DNA of 64,000 nucleotides from an uncultured Luteolibacter sp. (lineage in GTDB: Bacteria; Verrucomicrobiota; Verrucomicrobiia; Verrucomicrobiales; Akkermansiaceae). Below the pieces are notes generated by a model. It was not told where the DNA came from, did no database searches, and saw only the letters and a program-made list of their open reading frames with translations. Both the position numbers and the translations under genes were made by a program. The stretch covers positions 22,931 through 86,930 of the forward strand of contig CAZKQK010000003.1 of assembly GCA_964554865.1 (NCBI GenBank), given 5' to 3'. Shown here piece after piece: positions 18,576 to 28,292 of this stretch. The number at the start of each line of letters is the position of its first letter. The stretch's first letter is position 1.

Positions 18576-21500
18576 TCAACAACCTTTTGTCCGAGGGCAT
18601 TCCGCAATCTTCAGCCCCGCCGTCGCTGGTTCCCGTGTGGGGTGAAAACCTGTGGGAGGTGGAAGACCGCGAGGCCGACGCCATCAAGGCCGAGAGCTAC
18701 CGCCAGACGACCGACCGCATCGACGGGATCGCGCTCGATCCGGACTCGTATTTCAAGGGGCTGGATCTCGGGCCAGGGGATGCGGAGAAAACAAAGAGGC
18801 TCGTCATCAACGCTGCTTTTCTGGAACACGCATCCGGCGCGCCGGTCCCTGATGGGGAAACTGATCTCACGCGGGCGTTGATCCGCCAGCAAGTGGCACA
18901 CGAGCGCTTCGAAGGTCGCGGCGCGGACAGCGAGGAGGCATTCCATGCCGAGATCGTCAGGGAGGCCACAGGACGCAAATCCACCCGCGAGAATCTATCG
19001 GCTCTGTTCAAGAACGGCGCGAAGTCCGCGCTGATCGAATCGGCCGGCGAGGCGGCGAACCCTGAATTCGGTTTTGCCAAGTGGAAGGAGTCCGCCGCGG
19101 CGACTCCGGGCTATGATCCGACCAGCGAGCCGGAGTATTACGAGGCGTTCACGAAGGCCAAGAGCGCGGCCAAGGACGCCTGCCGGGAGTTCGCGCCGGA
19201 GCTGCAAGCGGTGTGGTCCGCGTTCACTGAAACCAAGAAAATCACAGCGGCTTCCGCGGCGGTGAATCCGATCACATTGCTGACCGGGAAATTCAGGGAG
19301 ACATCGGAAATTGAGGTGCCTGCCAAGTCCGTTGCGGACGAGGCGTGGAAGGCCTATGACGCCATGCCAGATGCAGAGGACCGCAAGCGGTTCATGGCAT
19401 CGCTGCACCTGTTGGCGGAGACGCTTCCCAAGGAGGAACAGGCGACGTTCTGGGGGAATCTATCCAAACAATCCGGTCGCGATCTTTCGGGGCTTGCCCG
19501 CGGACTCGGGGATTTTGTTGGAAGCAACACCGCACCATTCGCCGGGGCGTCCCGGTCGATGCGCGATCCGTTCACCCCGGACAGTCCGGAGCAAATCCGC
19601 CAATACGAAGAGCAGTCAAAGGGTGATGAGGAATTCCGCCGACAGGCCGATTTCCTGGCTGATGTGATGGCCATCCAGCAATCGACCTACGACCCGATGA
19701 AATATCTCGCGCCGGATGGGTCATGGACTCAGGCGTTTGAGAAGGGAGCCTATGCCGCCCCCGGAGCAATCGCTTCGTCGGCAATGGCTGCCATCCCCGG
19801 AATCGGCATGCCTGCTTTCTTCGCCACCGCCAAGGAAGGCGCGTATCAGAGCTATCGCCAGCAATTCGAGGCGGCCGGAATGAGCTACGAGGAGGCGCGG
19901 TACAAGGCGGACATCCTGTCAACGCCCGGGGCCGCGCTGGAAATGCTCGCCGAGCGGTTCGCCATCAAGGCGTTCGCCGGGAAGCTGCCGTTCTTCGAGA
20001 AGGCGATGGCGAGCGCAACCGCCCGCATCAACTCGCTCCCTGCGAGATTCGCCGCGAGGACCATCGCAGGATCGGTGGAAGAGGGGATGCTGGAGCAAGG
20101 GCAGGGGTTGATCTATCCGGTGCTTCAGAAACTCGCCGGAGGTCTCGGGATGGACGTTCCCGATCAGCAATGGCTGAATGGGAAAAACGGCATCCTTGAT
20201 GGTTTTTGGAAGGACAGCGCCTCGATGATCGTCACGATGCTGCCGCTCTCGATCTTCGGCGGGGCTCGTGGTGCCATCTCCGATTCCGCCAGGGTGTCGG
20301 CATTCCGCGAGGCGAGCGACAAACAGCTTCTCGCGCTCGGAATGACGCCGGAGGCGGTTTCAAATTTCCGCATGGCCGACAGGGTAGGGGTCGGAGCGGC
20401 AACCGTGGCGCTCGAACAGGGCGTGGCGACCATCGACCCGCAAAGCGAGGTGGCGAAGAAGGCCGTCGAAGAACTCAAGGTCGAGGTCGAGAAGGAAGCC
20501 GCCGCAGCCGAGGCCGCGCGGATAGCCGGGATCGTTCCGAGCTTCACCCGCGCGGATGCCGGGTGGACGGTTCACGACACCGAAACCGGGCAGGAACTCG
20601 CCACTTCACCGGACCTCCAGGGCGCATGGAAGATCGCGGGCAATCATTCCGACCTTGTGAAGCAATCCAATGCGCAGGAGACGGCGTTTTACGCATCCCT
20701 TCTGATGGCGACGGAACTCACCACGCCGAAAGGATCGAAAACCATCGCTTCGCCGTTCAGCGAAATGACAACAACAAAGAAGTCTCAGGCATCCCCCGAG
20801 GATGCACGCCGCGTCATGGCTCAGACCAAGGGGCGCGAGGCGGTCGAGGGTGGCGACCCCGGCATGGTGGACCTTATTTTCGGAGAGTCGGAAACGAAGT
20901 TCAACCAGCGAGCGCGGGAGACGACGAATCGGATTTACCTTGGCGGCACCGTGCTTACGGTTTTCCACGAAGAAGCACACGGCTATCTTGATGAGGCATG
21001 GGCGACCGGGCGCATGACCTACGACGAGACGCTTGAATCCATCCGGTTTTTCGAGAAAAGCCGCGAAGGCAAGACCGACCGAAAAGGGCGCGAGTTTCGG
21101 CTTTTGCCTGCCGACTTCGATTCGATGACTCCTTACGAGCAGAGGGTGAAAGTTCAAGAGGCGGTGTCGGAACTGATGGAAATCGAGATCATCCGCACTC
21201 GCGGAAAGCACAGGGGGATTCCTCGCTCTCTTGTCTCTCAGAACCTTTCCGCCGCCGCGAAGATGGTCGACGGGAAGGCCGCAAAGAAGTTCGCTTCGTT
21301 CCTGAATGTCTTCCGGGACTACTTCGGATTCGTCCTGTCTCGCGTCTGGCACATGAAGCAGGCCATCAAGGAAGGCAAGATCAAGGAGGCGGACTTGCAG
21401 GCGTTCACGGCGAAACTCTTCGGCCTGGATACCCAAGACCAGCATGAGGCGGCTGTTGTCGAGGAGATCGCGGCGATTGTTGAGGAGCCGACACCAGCGA

Positions 21501-24500
21501 AACCGGAGACGCCGAGGAAGACGGCAGCCAACCGCAAAAAGCCGCGCAAGATCGACACGCCAGCCAGACGGGAGGCGTTCCGACTCCTGAACTCTCAAAA
21601 CACAGAGTTGACGAGCATCAATAAAATCATCAGCGAAGGCGGAAAACTTCAGTCCCCTCCAACCGGAATGCTGAAGATTATCATGGGATTGGCGGGCGCT
21701 CGCAACCTCACGGAAAAGCAGATGGCGATGCGTCGCCGATGGGTTGATTACTCCGCATTCCAGCCGAAGAGCGCGTTCGGGAATGGATTCAACGGAAAGG
21801 TTGCGCAGGAGATTCACGGGATGCTCTTCGGCCAGGCAAAAAATGCGGCAACGCTTGACGATTGGGCGGGGATTCTTGGCGGCGTGACCAACGATGAAGC
21901 CATGATTGCAATCATGGGAGAGCTTGACCGGGTGGCACGCGGGCTCTCCAAGGAGAATGACCCACGCAACAGCAACCGCGAGTTCACCGATGCGGAGATT
22001 TCGGCGGAGATTTCAAAACCCGCCACTCCGAAGCAAACTGAGAATTTCAATGAGTCGAACAGCTTCGATTTTGGCCGTAACGAGATCAGGGTTGACGATT
22101 TGAAAGAGGGCGACGTGATCACAATCGACGGCGAGGAATTTACGGTTGAAGCGGTCGAGGATGGCGGAACGGTGGTCTTGCGCGATGGCGCTCGCTTCGG
22201 ACGGCAAGTCTTGGAATCAGGGGAAATCTTGTACATCGAGGATGTTTCTACCGAGATCGATCCCGATCTTCTGGAGATCGAAGCGGAATGGCTCGTTGAC
22301 AAATCGGCGGCTCAGGGCTACACGTCGATTGATGAGCACGCCGATGCAGACCCCGCAGGATTCGAGCAAATCGCCAGTGAGGCGGAAGCTTTCGGGCAAG
22401 GAGATTCACAGGCTGGCTCTCCTGCAAGCGGCGAGGAAGCTTCAGGCGAAGCGCAAGGCTTCTCGCTAGAGACACAGACCGGCGAGGACATCGACCGCGA
22501 GAACGCAGCCGCCAAGACCAAGGCGGAAATCCAGAAACGCGGGGACGCGCGGTTGACCGGATCGGCAGGCGATCTATCCGCCGACATGTTCGGCGAGGGG
22601 GAAACCCCGCTGTTCAACGAGCGGAGAGACACGCTAGGCGAAGGCGACCCGTTCTCGCTCGGTCCCGCCCGCATGGCCGACGCGCTCATTGCCAACGCCC
22701 GCCGCAGGATGAAAGACCCGCGGGCGAAGATGAAGATTTTCGAGAACATCGTGGCCCGCCTCGGAAAGCTCAACGCGCTGATCAACGCCACCGGCAACGC
22801 CTACAACTTCGACGCTTTCGGCAAACCCTTCGAAGGCCGGTTCAGCGATGAGAAAAGCAGCATCCTCAACGGTCTGGCGATCCTCGACGCGATCCTCGCC
22901 GCCGTGCCTCCGGACCTTCGCGGCCGAGTCGGCGGCTACACCCAGCTTGCCAAGCTCGACACCGACGAGAAGCGGCTCGACTACCTCAAGCGCCGGATGA
23001 AGACCGTGGAGCGCGTCGTCAACGAATGGCTCGGCAGGGAATACACGAAGGAGCTCGACAAGCTGCTGGAGCGGGCCAAGCCGAAACGGAAACCGGGCGA
23101 GAAACCGAAGGGCAAGGCGGGGGCCGACGTGCATGCGCTCTTCGACGTTCTCAGGCCGGCGAAGAACTGGAACCAGAATGAAGTGGACAAGCGCGTTGCC
23201 GGGCTGGAAGCGTCGATTCTTTCCGGCAACCTGACGCCCGAGGAGGAAGCCCACGCCACGCTCGAACTGAACCTTGTCGGGCTGGTCGGCAACTGGCGCG
23301 AGGCCGACGTTCCGCGCAAGGCCGCCGCACTGGCGAACGCAACCAGCGTGTTCGAAGCCGGATATGCCACCTTCAAGCTGGCGAAGCTGTTGGAGAAAGA
23401 AGACCGCGCCATTCGCCGCGAGAACCTGAAGGCCGACACCGGCAAGCAGGGCACCGCCGCGGAGCGGGACAAGCGCACGCTCGCCGACAACGGATTGAAA
23501 GCCGGATGGAGGGATTCGTTCCTGTCGCTGATCTCGTTCGAGCAGCTTTCCGAATACCTGTTTGGCCGCAATTCGAAGGAGGCGCTTCGCCTGGTGGACA
23601 TGGAGCGCGAGGCATCGGCCGCCAAGGAGGATGGCACTCAAGAAAAAATGGATGCGCTCGATGACATGTTCACGCAACTCGGCAAGGGCTCGCAACTCGA
23701 AGGCGAGAAGATCCGCTACGACCTCGCGCAGAAGTCACTAACCATCCAAGGGCGCACGCTCTCGCCGCTCGAAGCGATCACCGCAACTCTGATGTGGAGG
23801 CAGGAAGACGGCCGCCGCCACATGGAAGGCCACAAGGACGAGAACGCGCAGTTTGTCGGCCCCTGGCATTACGATCAATCATTCGTGGATGACATCGAAG
23901 CCGCGCTTTCCGATGATGCCAAGGCGGTTCGCTCTCATCTTTCCGCCGCCTATGGCGCGGAATGGGCGGTTCTCAATCCTATCTACAAGGCGTTGAACGG
24001 GATCAATCTGCCATCGAATCCGAATTACTCGCCGCTGACGGTGAAACCACAGCAGGCATCGGCCGGCCAGATGGTGGATCCAGTGACAGGAAGCACGATG
24101 AGCGGAGCGAGCGCCACGCCGGGAAGTCTGCGGACCCGCGGCAGCTCCATCGCCGAGCCGGAGTTTCGCGACGCGCTGCAAACCTACATCGCCCACACGA
24201 AGCAAATGCAGCATTGGATGGCCTACGCGCCGTTCATGACCGAGGCGGGGGCGATTCTCCGCAACCGGGAGCTCGGCAACAGCATCGAGGAGAAGGGCGG
24301 CAAGGAAGCTCTCGGGGTGCTTCGCTCGTGGCTCGACTACTTCCAGGCGGGAGGCGCCCGCGACGCTGCGGCGCATCTCGGATTGAACCAAACGATGAAC
24401 CGGATCTCCGGCCGCGCGGCATCCTCGATCCTGATCGGGCGCATGGGCGTGCTGGCCATCCAGGCGACACAGCTTGCCGCGGCTCTCGCCGAAATGCCGG

Positions 24501-25435
24501 TCGGCTCCTTCGCCCTGCGTTTCGGCAAGCTGATGACAGGGCAGCTCGGATGGGGCGCGGCGTTCCGCTCGGAATACATCCAGCGTCGGCTCACCCAGAT
24601 GCCGGTCGTGGTTCAGCAGGCGATGGACGGACTGAAGGCATCTCGGCCGAACCGGCTCAAGCATCACGTCCAGAAGCTCGGGCGGTTGATCTCCGGCGCT
24701 GACGCGCTGATGACCGCGGGAACCTTCGCCATCGTGCATGACTACCAGTTGAAGCAGGCGAAGGGCATGGGACTTTCCGGCTCGGAGGCCGAAGCCTACG
24801 CGATGAACGCCGCCGAACGGTCGGTGGATCGCATTGCCCAACCGACGCGGCCGGGAGCCCGCTCCCTTTACGAAAACACCGCAACCCATCCGGCAATGCG
24901 CGTGCTATGGTCGTTCGCTTCGGAAAGCCGCCAAAAGATCGCGCTCGGACTGTGGCGCGTGGCGGCAAAGGACCGGAGCCTTGGCGAGAAGGCGCGCGCT
25001 TTGGCCGTGACATGGGTTGTCGGCGGCATGGTGGCATCGATCATTCGAGCCGCGATGCGCGACATCCGCAGCGACGATGACGACGAGATTTTCGACGAAC
25101 GCAACTGGAGCCCGAAGCGCCTGCTTCTCTCATCTCTAACCGCGCCCTTGCAGGGGATTCCATTCCTTGGCGATGCAGCTGAAGGAGGAATCTACAGCGT
25201 GGCGGGCGAGTATCTGCCGGAAGGAAATCTGCTTTCCTCTCTGCCAAGGTCTCTGAAAGCAGCAACGCAAGTCCCGGAGTGGGATGACAAGAAGCCAGAC
25301 GAGATCATGCGCGACGTGGAAACCATTCTTAGCGGAGCCGCGTTCTTCAACGACAACCTGTCAGCCGCGTCCTCTCTTTCCCATCTCGCCAGCGACGTCT
25401 TCGGCATCACCCAGAACGTCACCAAAGACGAATGA
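18572..25435 (+). CDS. Large ejection protein (gp16-like, 2287 aa) with an HExxH motif
   Basis: Size and position after gp14/gp15-like genes; helical composition; VFHEEAHGY at about 20960-20986. Confidence 0.75.
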   Translation: MINNLLSEGIPQSSAPPSLVPVWGENLWEVEDREADAIKAESYRQTTDRIDGIALDPDSYFKGLDLGPGDAEKTKRLVINAAFLEHASGAPVPDGETDLTRALIRQQVAHERFEGRGADSEEAFHAEIVREATGRKSTRENLSALFKNGAKSALIESAGEAANPEFGFAKWKESAAATPGYDPTSEPEYYEAFTKAKSAAKDACREFAPELQAVWSAFTETKKITAASAAVNPITLLTGKFRETSEIEVPAKSVADEAWKAYDAMPDAEDRKRFMASLHLLAETLPKEEQATFWGNLSKQSGRDLSGLARGLGDFVGSNTAPFAGASRSMRDPFTPDSPEQIRQYEEQSKGDEEFRRQADFLADVMAIQQSTYDPMKYLAPDGSWTQAFEKGAYAAPGAIASSAMAAIPGIGMPAFFATAKEGAYQSYRQQFEAAGMSYEEARYKADILSTPGAALEMLAERFAIKAFAGKLPFFEKAMASATARINSLPARFAARTIAGSVEEGMLEQGQGLIYPVLQKLAGGLGMDVPDQQWLNGKNGILDGFWKDSASMIVTMLPLSIFGGARGAISDSARVSAFREASDKQLLALGMTPEAVSNFRMADRVGVGAATVALEQGVATIDPQSEVAKKAVEELKVEVEKEAAAAEAARIAGIVPSFTRADAGWTVHDTETGQELATSPDLQGAWKIAGNHSDLVKQSNAQETAFYASLLMATELTTPKGSKTIASPFSEMTTTKKSQASPEDARRVMAQTKGREAVEGGDPGMVDLIFGESETKFNQRARETTNRIYLGGTVLTVFHEEAHGYLDEAWATGRMTYDETLESIRFFEKSREGKTDRKGREFRLLPADFDSMTPYEQRVKVQEAVSELMEIEIIRTRGKHRGIPRSLVSQNLSAAAKMVDGKAAKKFASFLNVFRDYFGFVLSRVWHMKQAIKEGKIKEADLQAFTAKLFGLDTQDQHEAAVVEEIAAIVEEPTPAKPETPRKTAANRKKPRKIDTPARREAFRLLNSQNTELTSINKIISEGGKLQSPPTGMLKIIMGLAGARNLTEKQMAMRRRWVDYSAFQPKSAFGNGFNGKVAQEIHGMLFGQAKNAATLDDWAGILGGVTNDEAMIAIMGELDRVARGLSKENDPRNSNREFTDAEISAEISKPATPKQTENFNESNSFDFGRNEIRVDDLKEGDVITIDGEEFTVEAVEDGGTVVLRDGARFGRQVLESGEILYIEDVSTEIDPDLLEIEAEWLVDKSAAQGYTSIDEHADADPAGFEQIASEAEAFGQGDSQAGSPASGEEASGEAQGFSLETQTGEDIDRENAAAKTKAEIQKRGDARLTGSAGDLSADMFGEGETPLFNERRDTLGEGDPFSLGPARMADALIANARRRMKDPRAKMKIFENIVARLGKLNALINATGNAYNFDAFGKPFEGRFSDEKSSILNGLAILDAILAAVPPDLRGRVGGYTQLAKLDTDEKRLDYLKRRMKTVERVVNEWLGREYTKELDKLLERAKPKRKPGEKPKGKAGADVHALFDVLRPAKNWNQNEVDKRVAGLEASILSGNLTPEEEAHATLELNLVGLVGNWREADVPRKAAALANATSVFEAGYATFKLAKLLEKEDRAIRRENLKADTGKQGTAAERDKRTLADNGLKAGWRDSFLSLISFEQLSEYLFGRNSKEALRLVDMEREASAAKEDGTQEKMDALDDMFTQLGKGSQLEGEKIRYDLAQKSLTIQGRTLSPLEAITATLMWRQEDGRRHMEGHKDENAQFVGPWHYDQSFVDDIEAALSDDAKAVRSHLSAAYGAEWAVLNPIYKALNGINLPSNPNYSPLTVKPQQASAGQMVDPVTGSTMSGASATPGSLRTRGSSIAEPEFRDALQTYIAHTKQMQHWMAYAPFMTEAGAILRNRELGNSIEEKGGKEALGVLRSWLDYFQAGGARDAAAHLGLNQTMNRISGRAASSILIGRMGVLAIQATQLAAALAEMPVGSFALRFGKLMTGQLGWGAAFRSEYIQRRLTQMPVVVQQAMDGLKASRPNRLKHHVQKLGRLISGADALMTAGTFAIVHDYQLKQAKGMGLSGSEAEAYAMNAAERSVDRIAQPTRPGARSLYENTATHPAMRVLWSFASESRQKIALGLWRVAAKDRSLGEKARALAVTWVVGGMVASIIRAAMRDIRSDDDDEIFDERNWSPKRLLLSSLTAPLQGIPFLGDAAEGGIYSVAGEYLPEGNLLSSLPRSLKAATQVPEWDDKKPDEIMRDVETILSGAAFFNDNLSAASSLSHLASDVFGITQNVTKDE

Positions 25436-25504
25436 TCAGGGCGCACGCCAAATCGTTTCGCCTCGCCAAACCATCCACGAACCCGTAAAGAAACCCCCGA
25501 AGCC

Positions 25505-27424
25505 ATGGCCATCCCTTCCGCCACCTGCACCGCCAGCTATGCCGGCAACAACTCGACCTCGGTCGCCTACGTCGTGCCCTTCCTTTTCTTCAAGCGTGAG
25601 CACCTGAAGGTTTTCGTCACCAGCGCGGCGGGTGTGGAAACCCCGCTGATCCTCACGACGGATTTCACCGTCACCGGGGAGGGCGACGAGGACGGCGGAA
25701 CACTCAAGACCAACGCGCCATGGAACAGTTCCAATACGATCACCATCACCCGCGTGCCGCCGGAGACCCAGCCCTTCGTTTACAGCGAGGGCCAGCGGCT
25801 GCCGATGAAGACGCTGGAGAGGAGCTTCGATTGGATCCTCATGGTGGCGCAGGGAGCGATCCAAACGCTCCGCAGGTCGCTCGAAGCAGTCAAGGGCAGG
25901 CTGGACAACCTAACGCTGCCCTGGGGCTCCATCACCGACAAACCCTCGACCTACCCGCCCTCGGCGCACACCCACTCGTTCGACTCCATCACCGACAAAC
26001 CCTCGACCTACCCGCCGGTCATCGGCGAGGGGGCGGGCGATGCCGTCGCCGGAAACGATCCTCGCCTGAGCGACGCACGCACGCCAAGCGCCCACACGCA
26101 CGCCTCGGCGGACATCTCCGACGCCACGGCAAACGGGCACCACAACCGGGGCAAGGTCATCAAAACGGACGGCGATGGCCTTGTCCGCCTCACACACCTC
26201 TCCCTGGGATCGGCGGTGGCCGCACCCGGCGAAGGATCGCCCGCGCCGGAAACGGGAATGCTGTTTTTGAATAACCTGGGAGACGCGCTCCACGGAACGG
26301 TCATAGTTGCTCAGGCGAACACCTACACCGGGGAGGGCGCGCTGCCCTTCGTGCTCCAGACCCCCCAGGGGACCGGCGTGCTGGCCCTGACCACAAGCGC
26401 CGACGGCTCCGTTTCCTACAACAACCTCACCGATAAGCCAGGCATCACCACCACCGGCGAGGCGGACAAGATCCCCAAGATCGACGCGGGCGGCTGGCTC
26501 CGCGTGCCCCTGCTGAACGTCCAGTATGGCGACCACAGGATTCTGGAGGCGGATTCCGACTTCGTTTACGTGCGTAACAATGCGGGGCGCCTGGTTTTAA
26601 CCACCGAGGAAAGTTTTTTGGCGGACTACGAGGGGAAAATGTCCATTTTATGGGACGGCCGCGCCCTGTACGATGAGGACCAAAACTTCGTCATGGGGTG
26701 GTCAACCGATCAATCGTTGGCGGACTTATACAATCAAAGATCGGTGTCCGTAAATTTGCGGCGGCTTTTTAACTCCGCTGGCGATCTTGTCCTCGACTGG
26801 CAGGAAAAAACCCTTTTCCACTCGGATGGTCCGAGTTTGAGCTGGGAGGTGGACTTGGTAAAGGTCCATGACGACCTTATTGTTGATGGAGCATGCAGCA
26901 TTTCGGAAAACCTGACCATACCGAATGCCACCCTCGCCACGGCCGGCCACGCGGTCACCCGCGCGACCGGGGACGCGAGGTATGGCCGGGAGATGGTGGC
27001 CTGGAAGCAGGCGGACACCACCCGGACAAACACCACCACCCTGGCGGCCGACGCGGACCTGACGCTCGCCGTCGAGGCAAACTCCGTCTACCTGGTGGAG
27101 GCTTATCTCCCTTACACGTCAAACCCGGCCGGAGTGACCAGCGGGCTCAAGGTGGGCCTTGATTTCCCGGGCGGCGGCAGCATCAGGTGCAACGTCACCT
27201 CCAGCATCAACTCGGCCATGGGAGTGGCCGGGCGGCTGCACACCGCCGGGGCGGAAGTCGGCCAAAACAACGGCTCGGCGCAAAACACCCACATGGAGAT
27301 CCGCGGCATGGTCCAGACCGCGGGCACCGCCGGCAACGTCGCGGTGACCTGGGCGCAAAACAACCTGTCGGAGGACAGCACGACGGTCCGCAAGTTCGCC
27401 TACCTCAAATTTAGGAAACTCTAA
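25505..27424 (+). CDS. Tail fibre (T7 gp17-like N-terminal anchor, HxH repeats)
   Basis: YAGNNST..Y.VPF.F....HLKV anchor; PSAHTHSFDSITDKP phage-tail-repeat motifs. Confidence 0.85.
   Translation: MAIPSATCTASYAGNNSTSVAYVVPFLFFKREHLKVFVTSAAGVETPLILTTDFTVTGEGDEDGGTLKTNAPWNSSNTITITRVPPETQPFVYSEGQRLPMKTLERSFDWILMVAQGAIQTLRRSLEAVKGRLDNLTLPWGSITDKPSTYPPSAHTHSFDSITDKPSTYPPVIGEGAGDAVAGNDPRLSDARTPSAHTHASADISDATANGHHNRGKVIKTDGDGLVRLTHLSLGSAVAAPGEGSPAPETGMLFLNNLGDALHGTVIVAQANTYTGEGALPFVLQTPQGTGVLALTTSADGSVSYNNLTDKPGITTTGEADKIPKIDAGGWLRVPLLNVQYGDHRILEADSDFVYVRNNAGRLVLTTEESFLADYEGKMSILWDGRALYDEDQNFVMGWSTDQSLADLYNQRSVSVNLRRLFNSAGDLVLDWQEKTLFHSDGPSLSWEVDLVKVHDDLIVDGACSISENLTIPNATLATAGHAVTRATGDARYGREMVAWKQADTTRTNTTTLAADADLTLAVEANSVYLVEAYLPYTSNPAGVTSGLKVGLDFPGGGSIRCNVTSSINSAMGVAGRLHTAGAEVGQNNGSAQNTHMEIRGMVQTAGTAGNVAVTWAQNNLSEDSTTVRKFAYLKFRKL
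25927..26016 (+). repeat. 33-bp direct repeat in the fibre gene (57-bp period) encoding SITDKPSTYP
   Basis: CTCCATCACCGACAAACCCTCGACCTACCCGCC at 25927-25959 and 25984-26016. Confidence 0.9.
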
Positions 27425-27436
27425 CGGAAACATATC

Positions 27437-28003
27437 ATGAACAAAGACCAGATCAAAGCCCTCCAGCGCCACGTGCGCACCCCTGATGACGGTATTTGGG
27501 GACCCAAGTCCACGGCCGCCGCAACGAGTCATCTCCGGCGGCTGATGGACGCCTCAGCCAGCAAGTGGCCCGCATGCGACCAGGCATCCCTCCGGGCTTT
27601 CTACGGCCAGCCGGGAGACGAGTCCCGGCTGGTCAACATGCCCGTGCCATCCGGAGTCGTCGTCAAATACGAGGGAAAACAGGTTCAGACCATCCGCTGC
27701 CACGGCAAGGTGGCGGCGTCCCTCGGACGCGTGCTCGCGGCAGTGTCAAAAGTCCGGCCGGACATCCTCCTGGAATACGCAGGATGCTATAATAACAGGT
27801 CCGTGCGCGGCGGCTCCACGCCGAGCCTGCACGCCTACGGCGCCGCCATCGACCTCGCGCCCGGCGGCAACGGCAACTCCACCCACTGGCCGACCGGCTC
27901 CACCATGACCATGGAGGCCATGGAGTGCTTCGCGCGCGAGGGCTGGCTCGCCGCCGGCGCCTTCTGGGGCCGCGATGCCATGCACTTCCAAGCCACCCGC
28001 TGA
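27437..28003 (+). CDS. Endolysin: N-terminal peptidoglycan-binding segment plus M15-family zinc peptidase
   Basis: IKALQR...DGIWGPKS binding motif; YNNR......SLHAYGAAID...RDAMHFQ zinc-ligand motifs (SxHxxxxAxD, D.xH). Confidence 0.9.
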   Translation: MNKDQIKALQRHVRTPDDGIWGPKSTAAATSHLRRLMDASASKWPACDQASLRAFYGQPGDESRLVNMPVPSGVVVKYEGKQVQTIRCHGKVAASLGRVLAAVSKVRPDILLEYAGCYNNRSVRGGSTPSLHAYGAAIDLAPGGNGNSTHWPTGSTMTMEAMECFAREGWLAAGAFWGRDAMHFQATR

Positions 28004-28007
28004 TTCC

Positions 28008-28292
28008 ATGATTAACCACATTCATCCGATTATTGGTTTCGGCTCTGCCGGAGTATCAACCCTTGGCCTTTGGTTGGCTCAGACCGCCTCGCCATCAATT
28101 GAGCAGTGGGTTCAGGGCGGTGGCACGGTCGGCCTCATCGGCGGACTCTCCTACGGTTGTGTGACCCTATGGAAAGCCAACCAGAAATCGATGGCCGACA
28201 TCGCCGAACTCAATAAGGAGATCCGAACCGACTGGAAAAACCAGAACGAAAGGCTCATCAACGTGCTCGAACGTCTCGACTCCGACAAGTGA
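28008..28292 (+). CDS. Putative holin
   Basis: Two hydrophobic segments followed by a charged C-terminus; directly after the endolysin. Confidence 0.55.
   Translation: MINHIHPIIGFGSAGVSTLGLWLAQTASPSIEQWVQGGGTVGLIGGLSYGCVTLWKANQKSMADIAELNKEIRTDWKNQNERLINVLERLDSDK

Noticed and set aside
25505-28292. Diversity-generating retroelement, expected by analogy with BPP-1
   Set aside because: No reverse transcriptase and no TR/VR pair differing at adenines is visible in the window
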